Shown: positions 26,601 through 39,879, counted from the stretch's first letter. The stretch is DNA of 64,000 nt from Cycas panzhihuaensis (GCA_023213395.1 CM041465.1:38323741-38387740); one strand, 5' to 3'. Made by a program: numbers and translations. The notes: generated from the letters alone by a model not told the origin.

Positions 26601-27570
26601 ATGGATCTGCACTTGGATCGTTGCAGTGATTCCCATAGTGCAGAAGAGTGAAGTTCTAGGCCATGTAGCACCACGCGGGCCATGTAGAGATCACCAAAGT
26701 CGCCCGAGGGTCGCATGAACGACGAAGAATGCGATAGATGACAGCTACAACTATGAGCTTTGATTGTGTAAAAAATGCAACACGGACATAGAGATGGCAC
26801 ACACAAGTACAGATGGCACATAGTGCAGTCACAGTCGAGGCAAAATCCCAAGTTGAGATCATGGCCCATCGGGGTTTTGAATGATGCAATCGTGAGCCAC
26901 ATGGAGACAATGAAGGACGAGCTATCCATTTCATTTTCCACTGAATGAAAACGAAATAGAAGATGTTAAATAGACGGTAGGCTTAGAGAGTAAGTAGAGT
27001 AGCCTACAGACAATCATGTTGGATTCAATCATAGTCATCGATCACGTACAGCTCCTGCAATGAGACAAATGGCACAGATGGAGGCAAAACGATGAAACGC
27101 TCTCAAATGGAGTAAATGGGTTGTCATTTTCTACAAACAGGCTGAAAAAACACACTTTCTGGTGATTACATACATACTGGCGACTCGATACCACGAAAAA
27201 TCAAGATAGGATCTGAATACTCGTGCATGCAGATATGAAAGCATAAACAGAATAAAAAACAACTCAATATTAATTATTTGCACAGAATAGAGATAACCAA
27301 ATTAGTTGGCACTGTTAATCCTCAATTTGATAGAGCTTTTCCATATCCAGAAAATCAATGTACAAAGAAGAGTGTTCAGGCATAATTTATAGGCCACGAT
27401 ACGCTTCGAATATCAATCTAATTAGCCGACATAACGGGCCAATACAATTGACCTGTTATTTGGTAAGGGGTGGACTTGACATGATTATACATTACAATTG
27501 AATTACAATATGGTACAACTAAGGATACATAAGATACATTTACAAATAAGATGTCATTAATGTTTTAATA
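20678..27570 (-). mobile_element. Full-length decayed Ty1/Copia element
   Basis: LTRs at 27194-27570 and 20678-21036, PBS TGGTATCGAG (ends 27193), PPT AAGGGAGGG, perfect TSD GGAGG. gag ~25350-24330, WLIDYGATHHM, LWHQCLGH, integrase, RT (VFYVDDL), RNase H (LYCDNQS..RTKHIEVHHHF). Confidence 0.95.
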
Positions 27571-28393
27571 GGAGGAACATCTATGTTAGAGTGAGCAATA
27601 GGTCAAAAATTTATCCGCAAAACTTCAAGAGAAAAAAAGATGTCGTGAGAGGGTACTGCAATGCATTGAGGTAAGTAGCTGAGAGAATCGCAAATGGTGG
27701 CAAAAAGTAGGACTAGATCCTTTACATTCAAAAGCACCCTCAGTTCCATAACTAGGCTCACCTTTCGAGCAAGACGCTCAAAGTTGAAAAAAAACGGTGG
27801 GGGATAGATGTTGGGAACATTTTGTTATAATTATAAAATGTTATGTTAACAAAAGGGTTAGTTGAGTCAAGTAGTTGGAAGTCATTACAAAACGACGTTT
27901 CCAAGGATATATATAGTAAAAGTAGATGGGGGGCATGCGATGTTGCACATCTTGACACTAGTGGGCAGTGCAAAGCTAGTGTGGGATGATCATATCTTGT
28001 TCCATTGTACATGATCTTGTTATTGTAATTAGTTTTGATATAATAGAAGATACTAAGTTGCAAACATCCTGTAATTACTGTTGATGTGAAATATTGTACA
28101 TATAATGTTATTGTGTTGGTGCTATCATGTTGAAGATATTGTTGTCTCTTTCTTCCTAAGAGAACCTGTGTATGATGAATTAGCAGCATACATACAACCT
28201 GTGGGGTTAGAGCGTAGTTAGGGCCAAACTTTGGATGTGTAGCGTGTGCCATATCATGGATCCCATGCTCCTCCAAGAATCCTATGCCATTACTCCAAGC
28301 AAGTTTGCAAGCACCTGCAACAAGTACTCCCCATTCAATAGAGCTCCGAGGTTTTATAGGTATCATTAACATCTTCAATTTTCATAGGCAAGT

Positions 28394-31300
28394 TGTAGCA
28401 TTCCTAAAATAAGAATGAAGTCGGCCTTATAAAGAGAAATTATTATTATGAAGTCAATTTTTAGGAGGATTAAAGAGAGAATCATTTATTATATTTTATT
28501 GTGAAGTCAGTTTTTTGTAGAGAGAGAATTTAGGAGTTGGTTTAGGAGAGAGAAAATAAAGGCTATATATGGAAAACCCTTGTTCATTTGTAAGATAATC
28601 TTGGAGGATTTATTGTTCATTTGGATAATGGGGCTTCGTGCCTGTTGGAGGGCTAGTCTTACCTCGAAGAGGGTTCATTCAACTTTGTTGGACATTGTAT
28701 CAGGTGTTATTATTCTGTTAATACTATGTCATATCGTTTACATATATTGTTGTATCTCTGTATAAATGATGTACATCTCCGTTGAATGATTTTTGTAAGG
28801 GTTTTATTGCTATGAATACATGTATCTAATGTAATCTATAATATTGAGAAGTATTATCTGTGGTGCATGATTGTAAATGCATCATTATCCGCTGGAATTA
28901 TTGCTTCTGTCTATCGTTTTATATGTTGGCTCACTACAACTAGTATCAGAGCATGGTAAAAACGAATCTGGAGTTGAAACAAAAAATTAGAGCCCAGTGA
29001 GAACAAACCTAGAAGAATAGAAAATTAGAGCTATGTGAAAAAAAAAAAGACCTGGTCAATAACAAGCATTGGTCATTGCTCTGGTTCATTTTGGGAAAGA
29101 GACGTTGTAGGAGTGATGCACACTACAAGGGCGAGCAGGAAGAGCAATTCATCTGTAGATTAAATTGTAGAAGTCCATCACAACGAGGAGGGCAAATGAA
29201 TTTGACAAACTGTGGACAAGGAACCAAGTGCCTCTAAAACCCTTGCAAAGTGGACAAGAAATCGATCGAGTATCAGGTTGCAACTTTGGGCCCATGGAGG
29301 AAGGATTGCTGGAGAGACAAAACATCAGTGTGTTGACCATCACAGACCACATCATCTCATTTGTCACACTTGCAACCTAGAAAGAGGTGCCTTGACATAA
29401 AAGTGTGGCGTTGCAGGGTTAAAATTAAAGATATAAAAGAAAAAAGAAAAGAAATTAGGATCATGGCCGCAGGAACACCATCACATCACTATTTAAGAAG
29501 TTGAGGACAAAATAGCTAGCCACAGGAATGTCAAGAAGGTGGATAGATCACAAATTATTGTGTAAGAATATCTTCGCAAGGCAAGGTGCGATTAAATCAA
29601 GGTGAGCCTCAATTCGCAAGAAATTGCATCATTTTCAAGAGGACGTCTTCGTAAGGTGTGAGAGCTAGATTGTGAGGAGCTTTGTAAGACCACGATGATT
29701 GAAATTAGAGCGAGGTCTACCATTGAAATTTTGGGACCCTCCGTTAATCAAGGAGTGTATCCAATGGCACATGTCTGTCATTGAAAGTCAAGATGGGCCG
29801 TTTATGTGGACAATGCAATCCTCAATTTGCGAGAACCAACATTGCAAGTTTGTGAGGGCCATATCATTTATCAATTGTTACATTATTAGGCAGTAGCAGT
29901 TATCCCCGCAGAGCTCCACAACTACTCATTCACAAAGTCTCGAGGGAGATAGGGAGAAGTTGTACTAGGTGATTGAATGTGAGACTCCATAAACACACAA
30001 AAACATGAAACACAAAGGAATCCATAGATTAGATTTGAAGACTAGAGGCAAAAGACAAATTTTTGGCAAAGACTAAAAGTTCCCCCAAATTAAATTATAC
30101 TAAAATTCCATTTGAGATTTGTAAGCTCCCATGAGTATTAGTAGACAGTCTTGTGGAGGACCAAGTGACTAAGGGCTATAAGCCAAAGGGGGCTTACAAC
30201 CTTTGTGTTATTCTTTTTCAAATTTTATGTCTTCAAAAGAGGCACCTAGACGTTTTGTCTATATCTCGAGCTTTAGGTATTGGATTGCAGTGTCGTCTAA
30301 ACCATTGGGTTCTTGGTTCAAAGGTGATCATAACGAGTGGTCATATGTGATAGTTTAGACCAGCAGCAGATATAAATTTTAATTATCAAATTGTAGCCTT
30401 TATTGAGCAAGAAAAATGGAAACAAATTCTTTTAATCTGGAGGACTACGATGACATGAAAAAATGGATAGAAAACTTTGAATTTGCATTCGATACAAAAT
30501 TTGAAGAATATGGACGAATCTTAGAAATGATATTGAATGGGCAAGCTTATGAGGGGTTTATTATTTGGGCTAAAGAACCTTTCCTATGGTACAAGTTTTC
30601 AGATGCAGTTATCGCAGCTTTCAAGAGGCATAAGTAAGCTAAAATTCAAGCAGAAGAGGAAGGACAAGAAGAAGAAACTATTAATGAGGAGATCCTAGAG
30701 ATTTTGCAGGAGCTAGAACAAGAACCAACCCAGAGGGAACAACATGACTACATAGAAGACTTGAAGCAGGCACATGGGACAAAAGAGTCTTAAGTCCATA
30801 TCAAAGAAGAAATTCAAAGTGAAGTTACATAAGGACACCACAAAGACAACAGAGAACAAGTGAAAGAACAACTAGATTTTGAAGAAGAATCTCAACAAAC
30901 TTCATGCAAGGTACTAATTGATCCTATGTTACACATTCACATTTCTTTTGGTAGCATCATTTGTCCTCTTTTCCTTGCTCAGTAGCTATAACAAATAGTT
31001 TTTTTCCAAATCTCGTAGTTAGCCATAATTATAATTCCCTTAACTCTAGTTTTTTTGTAGGTCAAATCCCAATTCCCCTTTGTAACCCTAGTTCATCTCT
31101 TTACTTACATATTCCTTCCCCCCCCCAATAGACCATTCTCAACAGGATATTCTTCAACTTCAACCTATTCATCAGGTTTTATCTCTTAGTATTACACCTT
31201 ACAAAACCCCATCTGACTTTTCCCAAACCCCTTCAATTTCATATTATCAATACTATTTTTTTCCGTTAAATCTTTTCTTTTGTCTCAATACCATTCCTAA

Positions 31301-32408
31301 AAATCTATTAAAGCCCTTTTTTCATAAAGAATGTCTATCATTGATTCCCCATTCATCTTTCTCTCCCAAAAAGTGTTGTGGTCCAACAAAACTCGCTTAA
31401 ATTCTCATCTCCATCCAAGGAAAATACCAAAATTTATCCTTTTTTCCTACACCTTTAGTACTATGCCTAATCTCAGTTCATAATCCCACCTCTTCTTTTC
31501 TTCTTCATGATAAGCAATCATCATTTCAGGATCCTTATAATCAATTATTTACTCAGAATTGCCACTCAAGTTCTCATTATTTTACTCTCCTTGTCCATAG
31601 CAATCCTTCCCATTTGAAAATAAAATGTGCAAACACAAGGCAAGACTAGGACGAGACATTTGTGACACCTCACAGATCTCGAGATCATTCTAATGCAGAA
31701 CAAGATATAGCATGTACCTAGCCCCACGAATAAACATCGGCAAATTCAAGACGCCTACTAGCAAAGTTTCACAGAAGACACAACACCAAGCTAAACTTTA
31801 TGACATACAAGATCTATCAGGTGGTGGTTGGAAGAGCTCATCAAGACTGTACCAAAAATCCTCGATACTTGAAAGGCAAAGTATTATTTTAAGGGGAGGG
31901 GAATTGTAGCATTTCTAAAATAAGAATGAAGTCAGTCTTATAAAGCAAAATTATTATTATGAAGTCAATTTTTTGGAGAGAGAATTTAAGAGTTGGTTTA
32001 GGAGATAGGAACTAAAGACTATAAATAGAAAAGCATTGTTCATTTGTAAGATAATCTTGGAGGATTTATTGTTCATTTGGATAATGCCCTCGTGCCATTA
32101 GGGCTTCGTGCTTGCTGGAGGGTCGCTCTCGCCTCGAAGAGGGTTAATTCAACTTTGTTGGACGTTGTGTCAAGTGTTATTATTCTGTTAATACTATGTT
32201 ATATCATTTACATATACTGTTGTATCTCTATATGAATGATGTACATCTCTGTTGAATGATTTTTATAAGGGTTTTACTGCTATGAATACATGTATCTGTT
32301 GTAATCTATAATATTGAGAAGTATTATCTATGGTGCACGACTGTAAATGTATCATTATCTGCTGGGATTACTGCTTCTATCTATTGTTTTATATATTGGC
32401 CCACTTCA
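28394..32408 (+). mobile_element. Non-autonomous gag-like LTR element, related to 7531-11247
   Basis: LTRs at 28394-28938 and 31905-32408, PBS TAGTATCAGAGC (28941-28952), PPT AAGGGGAGGGGAA, degenerate TSD CAAGT/TAGGT. ORF at 30416 has DTKFEEYG..LNGQAY..WAKEP. Confidence 0.9.
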
Positions 32409-33059
32409 TAGGTGGAGTAGCAAGCATGGTTGAAACAATGTCGAGGGAAAGCACATGACCCTATGAAAAGATCTAGCAGTAATGGAAAGTCATTGAGATT
32501 GCAAATGCATGGGAAATGCCAAAATCATGGTAAACACCAAAATCACCCTTCGCACATTACTTTTATCACTCTCAAATACATCAAAAAATCATTGCCAAAA
32601 AAACCTAATGGTGATCGTTGAAAATTTTTTAGGGGTAATGTTCATTTTTACCAAAGTTGCCACATTAAATTTGTTTTGATAAGCCATTAAAGCCCATAGC
32701 CCTTTTGAAGTGAAGCCCTTAGTCTTTTGGACATTCAATGTGACTGTAATTATTTTTTGAGGAAGTGTTATTTTTCTAATTTTCACTTACTTTTGGTTTC
32801 TAGAGGACACACTAGTACTCTTTTGGGTATAACTTTTGCGTATGGTGTCATTTTTTTGAACAATCTGAACCATTGGAATCACGGTTCAAAGATCTTTGAA
32901 ATGAGCTATCACATAAGCATATTTGATGAATATTTCTAAAAGAAAATTCTAATTCAAATTACACGGAAAAATTTAGGGACTAACAATTAGTGCAATTTAA
33001 GTTAGTTGCAATAAATAGCTACATACAATTGTTCCTATAAATGCTTGAGAATTTGAAAA

Positions 33060-36000
33060 ACTACATGTAAGAATGTTGTATAAAATGGGAGGCATCTCAT
33101 CAGAATAAGGACCCAAAAGGAGTAATTAGATACGAACCAAGAAGAGATAGGGAGCAAAAAAAGCCCAACTACGAGGAGGTCAAAGCCAAAGAAGAAATTA
33201 TTGAACACTATGATTCAGATGATGAATAACTTATACTAGAGTATAATGAAACCGTTGACAATTAAATAGAAGAGTATCCAATGCAAATAGAAGATTTTGA
33301 GGAGTGGTATGAAGGTCAACCTAAGTAGTATGAGGAAGAGTCCAAGAAACAAGCGAATCTAACAAGGTATTCGACATGGATCCTAATTCTATTTTGCACG
33401 TGTCCTTCAACAGTTTTATTGTTCTTCTAGATTTTCTTCATCACATTACTTTAAAAGGTCCTCCATCTCCTAACCAAAAATATCCTAAGCTAAATTTCTT
33501 GATTCCCAATTCCTAGTAGGAGAAATCTCAATCTCACTTCAGCCTCATTAGCCGAGTCCTAATTTCCACCTAGCTTCATCTCCTAAGTCTTCTTCTACAC
33601 TCATCCTAGAACACTAATCAAAAACCCTTTTCCATAAAGAGAATCTAGCACTAATCCTAAATTCATCCAACATTAAATCCTTATCTCCTAAAATCTTTAG
33701 TTGTCTTACCAATCCTTGTTGACCTCACCTTTTGCCCCTTAGAAAATGCATTTGTCAAGGGTCACTTTTTGGTAGTCCAATTAGGGTTTGGCCAGCATGT
33801 CAATTTCATAACACATCTGACATATGCCATATACACTCACAAATTCATTCACATATCATGATCACATCATAATATCACAATGTCATCATATCAAGCATAA
33901 TCCTATAAATCAATCACAATGATGCCCATTATACATAATTTTCCATGTAACTCATAATTTCATATAGCAACATCAATGTCCAATGGCTTTTACATCACTT
34001 GGAGAACTTCCATATACATTCTCTATTAGAAAACATGACATAAGACTTAGTTACTCAACTCTCACAGTAGAGCACGTCATAGGAATGAATATATTAGCTC
34101 TCACCCTTGAAAACATGCCATAGAACTCACTAACTTGACTCTCACATCAGAATGGTGGAGAAATGATCAATAAATACCCGATTACATGCCTCTTGAGGAA
34201 TAGTTGTGACTTATAGTCACAACCATTCCTTTTCATAACAAGATGTCCCTTCACATTAATTACACTTCATTAATGATCAATCCCAAGTGTAATGACTATA
34301 CGCTTGTATGAATGTATGTTGGGTGTTGATGTCATCAATTCTAGAACAGATCACTCAATTTTGGGTACTTTGGTTGATGCATTCCCATATGTGTTCTATT
34401 TGGAATGCACCCTCTTATGCATTTCGTTCTACATTCCTACAAATGTTCTGGCCATTTCCAGGCCTATTCAAGTCATACCTGTTATGTGACCATCATACTT
34501 ATTCTTACCGCCTTATTGCTTATCTTCCAAATATGACCTATTTCTTTTCCACAAAACATTCCCAACATTTGCAAAACTCTACCTCTCCCCCTCACCTATT
34601 CCAACAAAGTTCTATCAAAGTCAAAAGCTCGTGGACAAAATGTGCAAATAGAAAATAGATTTTCAGCCACAAACCATCAACAATACACAAGTTCCAAGAT
34701 AGTTTTTATATCGGAAGGGATACAACAATCGTTCCATACCAAACACCAACAACCACATGCACGTCATATATCAATTATTTTTACAAGATGGCATAAGGGT
34801 GGTCAAAATGATTATGACAAACAAGCCTTAGCAAGCGACAAATTGAAGACCAAGTAGAAGTGGTTCCAAGTGGTTCTTCAAGTGGCATTTATACTTTGAT
34901 GGCAAAACATTTTAAGAGGAGGGGAGTCATTATGTGCCTAATGTATTAATGTGAAGTCAGCTCCAAATAGACATGTGAAGTCGATTTTAAGAGAGAGAAT
35001 AAGAAGTCAGTTTTAAAGAGAAATTAAATAGGTCCCAGCCTATGGCTATAAATAGGGGAGCACTATTTATTTGTAAATCACTTTTGGTATATTTTTGTTT
35101 GTTTGGGATGATGGCTGTTGACTTGGGAGATTATCTTATTACACTTATGAGATAAACACACTTGTCAATTGCACAGATTATAGTCTAGTTAAGGATACAG
35201 TCAACATATCATCACAGAAAGTACACATACTCCTTCTTAACTTCATACCACATAGCATAATCATGCAATAACATAGAATTCAGTACACATTCATCCATAT
35301 AACACATACAATATCTATTCCACGTAACTCTTCTTTCTATTAAGCAATAAGTTTGATTACACAGAGGGCTGGAATGCATTCTTGTGCATTCCAACAGCAT
35401 ACACATACATTACATGCGTACCGGTGGTACTCATCATTATACACGGCTCAATTGGGCATCATACGTCGGCATCCGCACCATTGCGTACCCTGAATATTCG
35501 ACTCTCACCCTAACCGAATGGTCCTTGCGAGCTTCCTTAAATATGCCTCTTCATACCTTTTTGGCTGAAGGGTTATGACTGTCTGTCATAACCGTACCCC
35601 TCCAGTCAAGCGTACCTTTTCATTAATCATTGGTTACACCTTACCCAATGCTTTAATCTTGTCCATACGTCCGTACGTACGTCTGGCAACTCCCGAGCTC
35701 CCCGGTCCCGTCTTGTCATCGTGCACGCTTCTATCTATTTTCATTCTGCCGATGGTACATATACGTATTTGCGTGCCGTTCCAGGTATGCACCTGTCATA
35801 CGTACCCAGAATGCTGGTTTTTTCCACTGTTTTGCCTTGTGCGTACCTCCGTACAGTCTGTACTTGCACATCCAGGCTTATCCAGCCTACCTCTGGTCTT
35901 CCAACAACCATATGATCCAAAATATACCCCAACAATGGCCTAAGGCCATTGTGGCATTGTTGTGCCTTGGGAGGATCTCCTTTCCTTGAATAGGGCAATT

Positions 36001-36140
36001 ATTTTGAATGTTCATCTGAATTTACCATTTTCTGTTGTATATCTGATATTATTTACATTTTGAGCTATTGTTTTACATGCACATCTGATTATTTCTAAAT
36101 TTGTATTGAATTTGTGTCATTTTCAGTGGGCTATGCCACA
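33060..36140 (+). mobile_element. Third remnant of the gag-like family, with 3' LTR ~34928-36140 interrupted by a solo LTR
   Basis: Acidic ORF remnant with PNSILHVSFNSFIVL, PPT AAGAGGAGGGGAG, family LTR motifs GTGAAGTC and GGCTATAAATAG, terminus GCCACA. Confidence 0.65.
35116..35934. mobile_element. Solo LTR, 819 bp
   Basis: TGTTG...CAACA with perfect TSD ATGGC. The host LTR is continuous when it is removed. Confidence 0.9.
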
Positions 36141-36261
36141 TTTTTGTTTTTGGGGGGGGGGGGGGAGTTTTTTAGCTAAACCATTACAATCCTCAAACCC
36201 CATGGTTAAAATGCTTAAGGCAGTCTAAAATGTGAAGGGGGCACTTTGGTCAGCTAAAACA

Positions 36262-36452
36262 TGTTAGAAATATGGGGAATACTGAGATTAGCTTTGATAC
36301 CATGTTAAAATACGTACTAGAATTGCTCTGATGCCATGTTAAAAATATGGAGAATATTGAGATTAACTTTGATACCATGTTAAAATATGTACTAGAATTG
36401 CTCTGATGCCATGTTAAAAATATGAGGAATATTGAGATTAACTTTGATACCA
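36262..36452 (-). repeat. 75-bp higher-order tandem repeat containing five tRNA-iMet PBS motifs
   Basis: PBS at 36291-36302, 36325-36336, 36366-36377, 36400-36411 and 36441-36452. Four are preceded by TTTTAACA on the minus strand, and the fifth by the degenerate TTTTGATA. Confidence 0.95.
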
Positions 36453-36836
36453 TATCAAAAAATGGAATTCAAATATTACCTTTGAAATCACAATGTAAAT
36501 ATGAATGTAAAATAAGTTACAAGTATGAGGCATTAATGATAAAACAATAAATGAACAAAAGAAAGATAAAGTATGTACAATACAAAATATAACAAAGATG
36601 TGGAAAAATAATCACCTTCCAATTATTGCATTAGGCATGAATACATACTTATAGTACATATGACCTCATAATTGACCAATCAGATGAAAAACCTTTATGT
36701 CCACCAATGTGACATTTATAGAAATAGGAGTGCATCACATGCACACATGTTAATAACTCAATATAAAATTCCTATGACAGAGATAAGGGGGACACTTAAC
36801 TAACATCAAACCCGCATTAAACATTATGTTTTAACA
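36262..36836 (-). mobile_element. Copia-type solo LTR carrying an internal PBS array
   Basis: Minus strand TGTTAAAA...TTTCTAACA, AAACA on both flanks (36257-36261 and 36837-36841). The start resembles other Copia LTRs in the window. Confidence 0.75.
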
Positions 36837-37486
36837 AAACAACGTTCAGATATAGTTTTGCCTACGTTTTGGATGGGGCGACTTGGGCACCACCTATTAG
36901 ACACTTGACCAAACCTGCTTAATTGAACACTTAAAAACTGTTGAAAGTGATCAGATTTTCCTTAGCCTGACAGTTGTAAAGACTATGGAAAGAATATGCA
37001 GATGCACCTGGCTAGTTGTCCAAATATTTCTTAACACAAGCAAGTCATAGGAGTCAATTAACACATATTTAACCAACAATCAACATATCAATCCAGGCTA
37101 TGCTTAAATGTAACCATAAATTGACTTCTTGTCTGTTTCTGTACAACTCATTTGCCACAATAAAAGTAACTCAGAACTCTATCCCAAACTTCATATTTCC
37201 TTTTATTGCTTCAAATCAGCTGTTTGCAGAAGTGTCTCTCTCAAGTGCTTTCAACTTGAATTCCTTTTCAAAAGTAAGGTATGGCATTTGAATATTCGAA
37301 GATCACTTTAGAAGTGAAAATCACATATTAGCTGGTTTCACCTTCCAAATAGATATTCATGGAGCCCTGTAATTAAGATGAAACATCGTGATCCATTTAG
37401 GTCCATAGGAATTTGTGCTGCAATTACAGATGACAGGTTAAAGAAAAAACCTTCACCTCCGAAACAATCTTGTTTCTGGTGGGTGG

Positions 37487-37595
37487 TCTGTTCCTCTTAA
37501 AATATTTCAAAACACAAGAAAGAAACTCCTCTCTGGGGGTGTGGGGTTTCTGTTCCTCTTAAAATATACCAAAGCACAAGAATGAAACTCCTCTC
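37487..37595. repeat. Direct repeat, period 62 bp
   Basis: TCTGTTCCTCTTAAAATAT..CACAAGAA.GAAACTCCTCTC occurs twice. Confidence 0.85.
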
Positions 37596-37860
37596 ACGTT
37601 TCACAAGTCCAAGTGTTAGAGCATATTCATTACAATAAAATTCATGCACTGCAGGCATTGACATCTTACAAGAAATTTCTTCTTCCTAAGAAGGTGAAAA
37701 CAGCAAATATCAGTGTTGGTCCAATGCAAAGATTGTTGAAACCACAACTTCAGAATTTGAAATCTTAGAAATACCATTGACACCTCCATCAAGATAATTT
37801 GCATAATTTTCAAGGAAAGGTTATCATTTATCAATATGGCTAGATACTAGGAAGGCTTAC

Positions 37861-38075
37861 TTATACATCACATTCTCGCAGAACTCCACTTGTTTATCGA
37901 TTCCCAACTCATAGCATTTATTCTTCAACTGCAGTAATCTATCTGCATCTTCCTGATGTCGACAGCTGCCAACCAATTGAAGCTTTGGTGCAACTCGCAA
38001 GTCCAGACAGTCTGGTTTTCCTAAGTTTAATTTCCTCAGAGCAATAGCAAATGCCTCTAGTTGAATTCCATGAGC
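37861..38075 (-). CDS. ALG11: ALG11 (GDP-Man:Man3GlcNAc2-PP-Dol alpha-1,2-mannosyltransferase, GT4) internal exon, 215 bp
   Basis: AG|AHGIQLEAFAIALRKL...PKLQLVGSCRHQEDADRLLQLKNKCYELGIDKQVEFCENVMY|GTAAG. Open frame, canonical splice sites. Confidence 0.93.
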
Positions 38076-38242
38076 CTACATTTTCACAAAGAACCATAGC
38101 TTAAGGAGATGCAAAAGTGTCTAAACCTCATAAATCTAACAGAAACATATTATTTATATAGTTAGAACAGCTCAATTGTTGCTAATGTCATATTCTGATG
38201 CATTTTCAAATTTAATTGCAATAGGATGGATTAAAACCCTAC

Positions 38243-38311
38243 CTTCTCTGGTCGAAATTGAGAAACAGAAATGAAATTCTGGACGTTCTTTGGCCTCTCC
38301 AAAGGAAGTGC
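38243..38311 (-). CDS. ALG11: ALG11 internal exon, 69 bp
   Basis: CAG|ALPLERPKNVQNFISVSQFRPEK|GTAGG. QFRPEK-AH..QL joins in frame with the next exon across a 167-bp intron. Confidence 0.93.
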
Positions 38312-39879
38312 CTGCTTGGTCCATAGTTAATCAAGAGCTAATAGTTATTTCCCAAAGAACTAGCCTGAATGCAAGGGGATCAAGGCTCAAACATATACAC
38401 CTTTTCCCTCGTGATAGTTACAAAGCATCTAAGGAAGGAAACTGTTTCATCAAACATCATGTTTTTTCCAGAGCTTCATAGTCCCATGTAAATGTTTTTG
38501 AAAATTAGACATTTTATTAAGCAAACCAAAATTATATGACAAGCCAAGAAACTGCATGTGACTGAATCAACCCATTTATCCTTGCACACTGAGCAGAATG
38601 GAATCTAACAAGGTTGGAATTTAAAAAGATATGCCTAAGATTATTCACTCAGCTCTAGATTTCCTCACTCTTGTACAGATGTAGCTGCTGTTGCCACACC
38701 TCATTGTTTGTCTTGACCCAATGGCCTAGTTGTTTCTCGGTTGAGCATGGTATGGTGGACAGGTCTAGCTGCAGCATTTGGGTTGAGAAGGAAGGAAGCC
38801 ATGTGGCCATAATAAGCTTCATCACCTAGCGTATCAAAGTTGTACTTTACTATGATTTTAGAACTGGTCATCTTAGTAATTAAAGCTCATAATATCTAAT
38901 AGACTCAACCTAAGCAAATGATTATAGGCTAATCTAATTTTCAGTTGAGCGAAGTAGTAAGTTTTAGTTGAGTTAGCTAGGGCCTCACATTGGAAAGAAA
39001 TCCCCATAAATTACTCTCTCATTCGTTTTATAACAAAAAATTTGTAAAAGAAGATTTTGGGTTTTCTAATCAAGATAGCACTCCTCTCCAAGATCCTCTT
39101 GTTTTCTGAAGTGCATATGTCTCAATCCCTTGGATTTCTTTCATCCTCCAGTGCAGGAATTTTTGTGCACCTAGCATCTCTCAGTTCCAACACCAAGGCA
39201 AGGGATCATTCCAAGGCAAAGAGAAGACATCCAGCCTTTTGCTCCACAGGAAAGATGCCCAAATGGTGGTACACTCCTAGAAACAGTAGTACAGTGGTAC
39301 ACTAATAGCACACACCTCCTCCTAAACTATATGGCTTAGTACGATTTTGCACATAGTTGTACTTTCTCATTTGCATCCATAGGGTCCTACTACAGGCCGT
39401 AACTCCTCATTTATAGTAGTATGCCCCTCCTACAGGCTTTACCTTCTCATTTGCAGCTGTACAGCCATTCACTAGCCATACTCCCTTTATTGACATGCTC
39501 ATCTTCCATTAAGTCCATTCTTGAAATCTTTGGCTACATTGCTCTATTCTTAAGGATTTTCGAAGACTCCTTCAGAGAGTACATGTCAATTGATGTCAAA
39601 GCCTCAGATTGGGGCTTTGAATTTTTATGGAACTTTTCCTTGTCGTTACTTTTCATTTCCAACCTGCCAAGGAACCTTAGAGGACATGTTCTGCATCTGA
39701 TGAAGAAGAGGTCACATTTGGCATCCCAACTAGTGGCTTTGTTCGACTGCTTCCCCAATATCTCCAAGGGCAGAGAATGGCAAATTAGACTTTCCAAGCC
39801 AACATGATGAATAACCCAATGACCATGTTTCAACAAATGTTGGCTCAATAGGCACCTCCTATTTCTACAGTTGTCCCCA

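Noticed and set aside
27758-28378. 206-aa minus-strand ORF
   Set aside because: No recognisable motif, a non-ATG start, and it lies in TE-derived sequence.
34292-34658. Possible integrase C-terminal GPF/Y remnant
   Set aside because: Similarity is too weak to call by eye.
36152-36165. Poly-G run (and the poly-T run at ~58695-58713)
   Set aside because: Simple homopolymers with no TSD or SINE/LINE body recognised.
36262-36452. CRISPR-like repeat-spacer array, and the 67-aa repeat ORF at 36250-36453
   Set aside because: The spacers alternate rather than being unique, the repeat is LTR-end + PBS, there are no cas genes and the context is eukaryotic. The ORF is just a translation of the repeat.
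37385-37425. Possible ALG11 final exon start (AHNSxGPKMD-like after TTGCAG)
   Set aside because: It needs two 1-nt deletions and the following sequence does not resemble ALG11, so it is probably chance.
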